Part shown: positions 56,592-64,000 of the stretch, one piece after another
How the letters are laid out: every line of letters starts with the position of its first letter
How positions within the stretch are numbered: position 1 is the first letter of the stretch
DNA from: a virus
IMG/VR virus record: IMGVR_UViG_3300044701_002822
Coordinates: 12,828 to 76,827 of that record
Strand: one strand, 5' to 3'
Length of the DNA: 64,000 nt
Translations under genes and position numbers: made by a program
The notes under the pieces: model-generated
Told to the model about the DNA's origin: nothing
The model's database searches: none
The model's input: the letters and a program-made list of their open reading frames with translations, nothing else

Positions 56592-56597
56592 TATTTA
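56592..56597 (-). promoter_or_regulatory. Late-type promoter core TAAATA
   Basis: Intergenic GTAAATAC upstream of an AAGGG RBS and the ATG at 56567. Confidence 0.55.
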
Positions 56598-56601
56598 CCT
56601 G

Positions 56602-58431
56602 TTAAACGCTTGAAACAAGATCTGTCTCATGGACCCATTGCCCTGCACCGTTGATGATAAATCTTTTCAAACTTCTAGTTATAGACAACGTAACTGGTTG
56701 TGAAGTTTGTGCTGTAAAACTAAAATCTTGTATAACTGATTGATTTTCTGTACCGTTTTTGTCTACTGCAACAAAACTTTTTGTAAGACCGTCGTTTGCA
56801 TTATAACTGTATGTTCCTGTATAAGATGTACCGTGTACTGTGCATCTTATTCCTGTATTTTTTGTTGCTGGCGGAATTAGATCTCTAAGCACTAGTGCAA
56901 TTTGACTGTTATTCAATCCCGTAATATCCAGTGATAAAAACTCGTCTTGATCTAAGAATCTTTCATCTACATATTCTTTTGTTGCAACTGTATCAGGATC
57001 GTCACTAACGCTAGGAGTTGCTACTCCGTTAAGTATAACCGGACCACCGCCGTTGTTGAATGTTACTGTGCCTGACACATTTACAGTTAATCCTCCACCA
57101 ACTGTAATTGCGTTGCCATTTAGATTTATATTGTCAACATCTAAACTTACCAGTGTGCCTATTTGTGTTAAGCCTACTGCTGACGATACTGTAGCAGCCA
57201 ATGTTGTACTGGTTAATATGTCTGTATTGTTGATCTTGTAGGCAAACCCAGTAGGAATATTAACATTGCAACTATGATCCCAACTGTTATAGGTATTGTT
57301 CCATGTAATACTTTTGTCATTGCCAGTTACTCTTACTACAATACCTGCTCCATCTACTTCTGCGTCTGTAAGCAAAGAGCTGTCGCTGGTAACTGCTAAT
57401 TCAATTAATTTATCCTCAACTCTTAATGTAGACACATCAAGGCTGGTTGTATCGCCTTCAACTGTAAGGTTACCAGATATTCTTACGTCACCGTTCAAAT
57501 CAAGGTCATACTGAGGATTGGTTTGCCAAAAACCTATTCTGCTGTTCTGAGTGTTTATTGTAATTGCTTCTATTGTAGAACCACCAGATGTAACTTGAAT
57601 TCTCATGTTTGCATTGGACAACTGATTTCTCAACGCAACTTCAGTTCCAAAAACTTTGATAGCAAAATCGCTGTCATCGCCGACTATTAGTCCAATATCA
57701 TTTTTTACATGTAATGAACCTGTTGTTGTGTTGTTTGCTGCAATCTTAAGAAAGTCGTCAGGTGAATAAGGATTGTCTCCTGAATCCAGTAGTGTATATG
57801 TTGATTCGGCTGGACCATAAAAAGTAAAGTCACTGTAATTACTGTTGATGTTGATACCTACCTGGATTGCAAAATTGTATCCATTGAGATATTGTATATT
57901 CTCCGAAATGTTTGCTGCGGTAAAAGATTCTTTAGAATATATGGCAATTGAAGTTCCACCGATCATCAATCTAGAAACTGTTCTGTTAACACCAAATATA
58001 TCTCTTAGTTGAATAACATTCCAACCTGTTTCACCTTGATCCACATTGTAGATAGGTCCTGCCAATATTACATCAGTGCCATCGCTAAAATATATTTGAT
58101 TTTTTAAACTGTTAATCCAAATATCACCAGCTAACATAGTTGGTTGAGTGCCAGAGACAGTGGTAGTATCTGTTGATTTCCAAAATACACCTGTGTAAAC
58201 TTTTAATCTGCCTTCGCTTGTGTCGTACCATAGCTGACCTGTTAATGGAGTACTTGGAGGTGCTACATTTTTAAAATTTTCTAATAATCTAACAAAGTTT
58301 TCATTAAAGAATTCGCCGTACCCTGTATAATTTCTTCCAACCAAAACTAGATCCGTAGTTTCATCATCAATTCTTCCATCTACTAGGTCAACTAATAATG
58401 TTCCGTCTGTCAAATTTATTTTATAACTCAT
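56602..58431 (-). CDS. Tail fibre/baseplate wedge-like protein
   Basis: Shared fibre N-terminus; GNLTVEGDTT...VEDKLIEL and ATKEYVD fibre motifs. Confidence 0.78.
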   Translation of the reverse strand: MSYKINLTDGTLLVDLVDGRIDDETTDLVLVGRNYTGYGEFFNENFVRLLENFKNVAPPSTPLTGQLWYDTSEGRLKVYTGVFWKSTDTTTVSGTQPTMLAGDIWINSLKNQIYFSDGTDVILAGPIYNVDQGETGWNVIQLRDIFGVNRTVSRLMIGGTSIAIYSKESFTAANISENIQYLNGYNFAIQVGININSNYSDFTFYGPAESTYTLLDSGDNPYSPDDFLKIAANNTTTGSLHVKNDIGLIVGDDSDFAIKVFGTEVALRNQLSNANMRIQVTSGGSTIEAITINTQNSRIGFWQTNPQYDLDLNGDVRISGNLTVEGDTTSLDVSTLRVEDKLIELAVTSDSSLLTDAEVDGAGIVVRVTGNDKSITWNNTYNSWDHSCNVNIPTGFAYKINNTDILTSTTLAATVSSAVGLTQIGTLVSLDVDNINLNGNAITVGGGLTVNVSGTVTFNNGGGPVILNGVATPSVSDDPDTVATKEYVDERFLDQDEFLSLDITGLNNSQIALVLRDLIPPATKNTGIRCTVHGTSYTGTYSYNANDGLTKSFVAVDKNGTENQSVIQDFSFTAQTSQPVTLSITRSLKRFIINGAGQWVHETDLVSSV

Positions 58432-60524
58432 TATACAACTCCTGTGTAGATGATAAAGTTTAGTGATAAGAATGGAGGAACAGTTGTAAACTTTTCTCCT
58501 ACTACTTCTGGCACACCGTCAATTGTTTGTGTGCTTGTAACAAGACCATCTACGCCTTCGGTAATTTCTAATCCTGTGCCAGGGCTGCCACCTGTGATAG
58601 AAATTCCAGTAGTATTAGAATCGCTTGCACCGGTAACTCCTGTAGTTGCATAGAACTGAGTGCCGGCGTCGCCCATTAAGCTGTGTTGGTGTTCCGGCAA
58701 GTTGTCTTTAATTATCCAACGTCTTTGAGCACCGCCATCAGCACCAAGTATGTTTGCTGCACCATCATCGTACAATCTGTCTTCGTCAGTGGCCAGTGTT
58801 CTAGTAACACCTGCCATAAATCCCATAGGAAATCTACCTCTAAGGTCAGGCAAATTAAATACACCAGATCCTAAACTGCCGCCATATGTAAAGCTAAGAA
58901 CCGTAAACAAAGGTGCATAATCGGATGACGATATAGAAATTGCATCTCCGTTACACAGTCTCCAACCCGACGGTGCAGTAGTACCTGCATATGGCATTAC
59001 CATACCTATTGCAAAAGTAGGTATTGTACTGGTAATATCTTGCACTGTGGTTACATAAAAACGATTTATGTCCTGTACGTCTCCAGTTTCTGTTGTTGTT
59101 TTACGAATTAGTATTTCTTCTGTACCTGAGACATTGTCAGTGTAGTCGTCTTTACCTGTAAAGAATGTATCATTTAAAGATACAGTAAAGGTTTTTGTTA
59201 GACCGCCAGTTTGACCATCAAATGTAACAGCTGAACTTGTGCTAACATCGCCTGTAATACTAAATGATGTTGTGCTGTTTAACTTTGCTGCACTTCCTGC
59301 ACTGCCAGTAACGTTACCAACTACATCCCCGATAATATTTCCACGTAAATTATTTGCGTATACGTTGTTGTATTTTAAATCTACAGATCCAATATTTCGT
59401 GAGTTTGTTATATCTGGTAAAATGTTTGCTGCTTCAATGTTTCCTGTAACTGTAGCATCGCCACCTACATTTATATTTTTTGCAATTCCTGCACCGCCTG
59501 CGGTTATAAAAGATCCAGTACTTATGCTAGTACTTTCTGTAGTAGAGTTATTCTTTAAACTTCCGCTGATTAGTACGTTTCCGGTAACATCGAGAGCCTC
59601 TTGTGGTGACTCGTTCAAAATACCAACTTTACCATCATTTTTTATTCTAATTGCAGTTGTGTTGTTTTGTACTCTTAGTGCAATATAACCATCATTAGAT
59701 TTGTTGGTGATTAGAGCGTTCGAACCTCCAGTAACGCTTAAGACCAAGGTTTGTGGGTCGCCAACATCAAGACCATTATTGTTTCTAATTTTAATAGGTT
59801 GTTTAAAAATGTTTGTTGCATCTAATTGTGCAAATTTGTCACCCCCAAGTGAACCCACTGTGTTGCTTACAAACAACGTTTCGGCTTTTTTGGCTGTACC
59901 ATAATACTTTGCATTTGATCTTAAATTAACGCCTGCATTAATTTTAAATCCAGTTGTGTCGTCTGCTATATCAAACCCACTTATATTAGACTTTGGCGTA
60001 AAGCCAGTCGAACTTATAATCGATACCGGTATACCATCAACGTAATTTATCAAACAAGGTCTTGACACATTTGTAGTGTCCACTATGTTTTCAAATTTAG
60101 TGCCGGTGTTTATTCCTTCGGCAAAATCAGGACCTATTAAAGTCCAACCAGATCCACTAAAAAGATACAGTTGTTGATTACTAGTATCTACCCATAGATC
60201 TCCGACTAAACTTTGTTCGGCAGCAGGAGCACTGCTTGATTTTTTAAGACCGCCTGCACTAACCCAATTGACGCCATCATAAATTTTTAATTGATCTACA
60301 CCGGTGGTATTGTCGTACCATAGTTGTCCTTCCACTGGATTAGAAGGACTGGTATTATTGGCAAAATTTTCCAACAAGTGTAAAAAGTTTTCATTGATTT
60401 TTGTACCGTAATCAGTTAAGTTTCGACCAGTAAGTTGCAAACTGGTTTCAGTATTAACACTTCTATCTTCAACTGTGATGGTGCCTTTGTTAACACTGTC
60501 GGTAAAATTTATTTCATATGCCAT
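58431..60524 (-). CDS. Tail fibre protein with phage tail-collar domain
   Basis: IGMVMPYAGTTAPSGWRLCNG...LF..L..TYG...FNLPDLRGRFPMG; C-terminal LPEHQH...PPFLSLNFII. Confidence 0.9.
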   Translation of the reverse strand: MAYEINFTDSVNKGTITVEDRSVNTETSLQLTGRNLTDYGTKINENFLHLLENFANNTSPSNPVEGQLWYDNTTGVDQLKIYDGVNWVSAGGLKKSSSAPAAEQSLVGDLWVDTSNQQLYLFSGSGWTLIGPDFAEGINTGTKFENIVDTTNVSRPCLINYVDGIPVSIISSTGFTPKSNISGFDIADDTTGFKINAGVNLRSNAKYYGTAKKAETLFVSNTVGSLGGDKFAQLDATNIFKQPIKIRNNNGLDVGDPQTLVLSVTGGSNALITNKSNDGYIALRVQNNTTAIRIKNDGKVGILNESPQEALDVTGNVLISGSLKNNSTTESTSISTGSFITAGGAGIAKNINVGGDATVTGNIEAANILPDITNSRNIGSVDLKYNNVYANNLRGNIIGDVVGNVTGSAGSAAKLNSTTSFSITGDVSTSSAVTFDGQTGGLTKTFTVSLNDTFFTGKDDYTDNVSGTEEILIRKTTTETGDVQDINRFYVTTVQDITSTIPTFAIGMVMPYAGTTAPSGWRLCNGDAISISSSDYAPLFTVLSFTYGGSLGSGVFNLPDLRGRFPMGFMAGVTRTLATDEDRLYDDGAANILGADGGAQRRWIIKDNLPEHQHSLMGDAGTQFYATTGVTGASDSNTTGISITGGSPGTGLEITEGVDGLVTSTQTIDGVPEVVGEKFTTVPPFLSLNFIIYTGVV

Positions 60525-60526
60525 TA

Positions 60527-61138
60527 TTATACCTCGTTAAATCCGCTAAGACTTTGTACCCTTACAGTGTAATCAATTTGAATCAATCTGTTTAAACTTT
60601 TTTGTACTGGATGGAATATTACATGAGTAATTAATCTTCCGGTTCCGCTTGAGCTAAAACTGCGTAAACCAAGCTCGTCAAATACATAAAGTTGTTCGGT
60701 GTTGCCGGCAGTATCAAATGCATCCTGACCATCGGGTTCGCCGTAATCTAATAGACAACTTACAAGTATATCTGTGTAATTTGTTCCAGCAACATGTCTT
60801 ATTTCTGTTTTGTTTCTAGTAGGGTCTAAATTGTTTACACTAGTATCGTCCACAACCTTAGTATAGGTTTGATTGTATAAACTAGCGTTTGTACCTGTGG
60901 TATTAGGTGTCAAATATGTGATAATACCTGTAGGATCGACACTGGTACCGCCGTTACCAAAACTCATTTCATATATAAATCCTTGCCCTTGATTAGCTAA
61001 ACTTTCAGCAAGGGCCAAACTCATATTTTCGTAATGAATAGCATTACGTTGATTTATTAATATCTCTCCACTAGAAGGATCATATATTTTAATATGTCCT
61101 TCTACATGTATACCGTTTAGTTCTTTAATCTCTGTCAT
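60527..61138 (-). CDS. Putative baseplate/virion structural protein
   Basis: GHIKI...NAIHYEN...M.FGNGG...FDELGL...THVIFHPVQKS...IDYT beta-rich pattern; lies in the tail module. Confidence 0.7.
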   Translation of the reverse strand: MTEIKELNGIHVEGHIKIYDPSSGEILINQRNAIHYENMSLALAESLANQGQGFIYEMSFGNGGTSVDPTGIITYLTPNTTGTNASLYNQTYTKVVDDTSVNNLDPTRNKTEIRHVAGTNYTDILVSCLLDYGEPDGQDAFDTAGNTEQLYVFDELGLRSFSSSGTGRLITHVIFHPVQKSLNRLIQIDYTVRVQSLSGFNEV

Positions 61139-61156
61139 TTATTACACCCTATACTG

Positions 61157-61163
61157 TATTTAT
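61157..61163 (-). promoter_or_regulatory. Late-type promoter ATAAATA
   Basis: Overlaps the stop of the giant protein, upstream of the ATG at 61138. Confidence 0.55.
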
Positions 61164-64000
61164 TTTGGTAAACGAATTGTTGCTTTACGGAGAAAATCAG
61201 TAATTGCATTATTGGTTTGTGTTAACGACTTACCTGGATCATTCCAAGTTTGTCCTATTTTTCTAACTATATCAATCTTTTGATCTGCCCAAAGGCTAGG
61301 TTCAATTATTTCTCCAGTTGACATGTCTCTTGGTTCTATATATAAATTTAGCCCAATGATTCTAAAATCAGCTGGAATAGTGATGTTGCCTTCATTGCTG
61401 TCCAATGCAAGAGTTGGCTGGAACACATCTAATGCAGATTTTCTTAGACGACGACCACCTAAAAATACATCAATTTCGTTTATGCTGTTAGGAACATAAT
61501 CTAATGTGTATTCTGTACTTGTGCCATCGGCTATTAGTGTTTGTCTTAAAATACGATCTTGATAGCTTATATTTTCTTCTGGACCTTGTCCATAAGCTGT
61601 CGAACCTTCAGAATAAACATTCTTAACACCAGTACCTAGTGTACCTCTACGTAATTGTAATAATGCATTTCCTCTAACTTCGAAGTATTCAATTCTTTCA
61701 CCATCAAGGAAAATTACACCTGGTATATTTTTACTTCTGTTAGGTTGGAATATTCCAGTTGCATCATCCAACAATATTCTTGCATCATAATAGTACAACG
61801 GTACTGCTAATTTATAACTGTTTGCTTCATTGAGTCTCTTGTAATGAGTTCTATTGAGCATGTCTTTAAATATGCGATATCCAAACTTACGAGTAGTTGG
61901 AGCAGCACCAAATTGTAAGACATCAATTCTGTCATTTTCATTTGGAACAACTTTTAATTGCACAGCATCAAGAGTATCCACAACTGTATAATCAACATAA
62001 GGAGTTAGCAACTCGCCGTTTACAGATACCCACACATACGGTGTTCCATACACTGTATTTCTCAGTTGAACGATACCGCGAGTTAAAAGATTTCTCTTTA
62101 CATAATCGTCGGTGCCTTCTGCTACAGTTGTTGTGCTTAAAACATCGTAAGTAATTCTAGAGAAATTGTTTACATCATGATTGCTGAAAGTATAAATTTC
62201 AATTTGCTCTCCGCTAGTAGGCGGCACAGCAAAAGTCAAACTATCGCTTTCAACATACGCAACATCTGTTATATTTAGAAGTGTACTGTCAGCTTCGTTG
62301 ATGTGAACAAGGAATTCGGCATCGGCTGCAAATGCAGTTCGTATTTCTGGTCTGTACTTTTCTACAACAACACTAGCAGCATTTACAGCTTTAACAACTG
62401 CTTGATAGCTTGTGCTATCATTGGTTGATATAAGTGTTATTGTGTCTCCTACAGCAATAAACGAAAGATCTATCACACTACTATCTAATGTATCAAATGT
62501 AATTTCAGTGTCTACAAAATAATAATCAGCACCGTTGATAACAAAAATATCTATTGTACTTCCTATAGTTGCAATATCATTTCTTAAAATTCTAATTCTA
62601 CTGTTTACAGGATCATATGTAACTTGTTCTTTTGTAAGTCTTACTCCGTCTACATATACCAACACTTCAGCAGCTGGAATATAGCTGGTGCTATCAAACT
62701 GCCATGATTCAATATCATAATCTCTTTCAGTTGTAGCAGTATATCTTATGCTATACCCCGGACTTAGAATGTTATTGTTGCTCTTAACAAGAATGTTATG
62801 CGAGAAAGGTCTCGCATTAAACGGTATAGGACCTTCGGTTACATTAAACACATGATAGTCATTTTCTCCGTTCGATTCAAATGTATTATCAATTTGAATT
62901 CTACTAAAGGTTTGAATTTCACTGTCATATATTGTGTACTGTATTAAATTATCCACTGCAATATTTTCAGTAAGAATGTTAATAGCTGTACGACCCGAAT
63001 CGTTTTCTACTAGTTCATAATCTATAGCATCCTGTAGTAGGGTTCCATTGACTGTGATAACAGCATTGATTTGATTGCTGTAATTTGCTATAGTATCAAT
63101 TACTCTAGTACTACCGTCGAAGTACACAGTTTCTGTATCTAACATGTCAATGCCGTTGGTTCCAACAGTAACAATAGTAAGATTTGAACCACTAGATGTG
63201 CTATCTTCAAATACTACTTTACGAGCTTTCCAATCAAACGAATATCTAGATGAGTCTAATATTTGACCGTCTAGTTTGACAATAATACTATCACCGGTTT
63301 GTGGTATATCTGGAAGTGCAAATTCAGTTGTGTTGCCGTCTAATTTATAGCTAGCAACTCCTATTATACCTACCCCGTCGTTTGGTCTGTGATAAACTTT
63401 GATATCTAATGTATCAATTAGCTGACCAGGTACAAGTTCTTCTGGGCCGCGGCTGGTTGTTGGTGTAACAAATCCGTCGCCATCAACAGTTATGTCTGCA
63501 CTAGCTAGACCAGTTGCAGTGCTATAAGTTAAGTTACCGCCGCTTAATGCAGTATCATAACTTTCGCTAGTTGGCGTAAAGCTACCATCACTGGTTGATT
63601 TTCTAATAATAACTACATCATCTACTGCGGTAGGAATCAAGGATGAATCAATAGTTACAGTTGTGGTTACACCGTCTCCTGTAATTGTTTGCAGTGCTGC
63701 ATTAGGATTGGTAATAGCACCGCTGGTATCAAAATTAGGATCGTCTAAACGAACATTATTTAGATAGAAGTTATATTCAACATCTAATTCAAGTGGTGAA
63801 CTTAGATTAAATGTAGTAGTGCTTCCATCTAACACAAATATTTCATCTTCAAATGTGTTCTCAAATGTATCCCAAGGAGTACTGCCAAAACCTTGATCAA
63901 ATCTAGCTTCAGGATCAAATCCTTGAGTATTGCCAAAATCAATGCTGTTGTAACGAGCACCAGTGTATTCAACACCGTCCATAAGTTGATTGAGATCTTT
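61160..64000 (-). CDS. Very large virion structural protein (baseplate-like), 5' end outside window
   Basis: Frame stays open to the window edge (KDLNQL precede the listed Met); repeated DG.T..F.L...V.VNG beta modules; C-terminal GVIFLDGERIEY...LRRGTLGT. Confidence 0.82.
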   Translation of the reverse strand, partial: KDLNQLMDGVEYTGARYNSIDFGNTQGFDPEARFDQGFGSTPWDTFENTFEDEIFVLDGSTTTFNLSSPLELDVEYNFYLNNVRLDDPNFDTSGAITNPNAALQTITGDGVTTTVTIDSSLIPTAVDDVVIIRKSTSDGSFTPTSESYDTALSGGNLTYSTATGLASADITVDGDGFVTPTTSRGPEELVPGQLIDTLDIKVYHRPNDGVGIIGVASYKLDGNTTEFALPDIPQTGDSIIVKLDGQILDSSRYSFDWKARKVVFEDSTSSGSNLTIVTVGTNGIDMLDTETVYFDGSTRVIDTIANYSNQINAVITVNGTLLQDAIDYELVENDSGRTAINILTENIAVDNLIQYTIYDSEIQTFSRIQIDNTFESNGENDYHVFNVTEGPIPFNARPFSHNILVKSNNNILSPGYSIRYTATTERDYDIESWQFDSTSYIPAAEVLVYVDGVRLTKEQVTYDPVNSRIRILRNDIATIGSTIDIFVINGADYYFVDTEITFDTLDSSVIDLSFIAVGDTITLISTNDSTSYQAVVKAVNAASVVVEKYRPEIRTAFAADAEFLVHINEADSTLLNITDVAYVESDSLTFAVPPTSGEQIEIYTFSNHDVNNFSRITYDVLSTTTVAEGTDDYVKRNLLTRGIVQLRNTVYGTPYVWVSVNGELLTPYVDYTVVDTLDAVQLKVVPNENDRIDVLQFGAAPTTRKFGYRIFKDMLNRTHYKRLNEANSYKLAVPLYYYDARILLDDATGIFQPNRSKNIPGVIFLDGERIEYFEVRGNALLQLRRGTLGTGVKNVYSEGSTAYGQGPEENISYQDRILRQTLIADGTSTEYTLDYVPNSINEIDVFLGGRRLRKSALDVFQPTLALDSNEGNITIPADFRIIGLNLYIEPRDMSTGEIIEPSLWADQKIDIVRKIGQTWNDPGKSLTQTNNAITDFLRKATIRLPK

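Noticed and set aside
1-64000. Alternative genetic code (stop-codon reassignment, as in some large phages)
   Set aside because: Genes tile the window fully in the standard code, and TAA, TGA and TAG all end genes at coupled junctions

Overview
AT-rich, gene-dense segment of a large tailed phage (jumbo-type; inferred from the tail-collar/baseplate/fibre genes and T4-like TATAAATA late promoters). It uses the standard genetic code, with many ATGA/TAATG gene overlaps. Positions ~53,000-64,000 hold a minus-strand virion module: a partial giant structural protein, a baseplate-type protein, three paralogous fibre proteins (one with a tail-collar domain, one with a C-terminal autocleaving chaperone-type domain) and two paralogous structural proteins. 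Positions 1-~53,000 hold an exceptionally large tailoring-enzyme island. By my count it has 17 radical SAM proteins (7 with an N-terminal twitch-type Fe-S domain, 8 of the C-terminal-cluster types (one of them cut off by the window edge), 2 cobalamin-dependent) and 9 Fe(II)/2OG-oxygenase-like proteins (one fused to a cold-shock domain). It also has 8 glycosyltransferase-like proteins in three families (one with 7 degenerate tandem domain copies), 3 SGNH-like proteins, 3 atypical kinase-fold proteins, 2 methyltransferase-like proteins and 2 SDRs. Single-copy genes encode an NDP-sugar epimerase/dehydratase, a minimal DegT aminotransferase, an amidinotransferase, a QueC-like PP-loop ATPase and a GNAT-like protein. 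Most enzyme operons begin at TAA(A/G)TA late-type motifs 4-5 nt before the ATG (apparently leaderless). Three near-perfect sigma70 promoters are also present. The best hypothesis, which is inference, is a phage-encoded pathway that builds a heavily tailored glycan or other adduct on virion proteins. No tRNA, rRNA, CRISPR or mobile element was recognised. All functional calls come from motif reading, not database searches.
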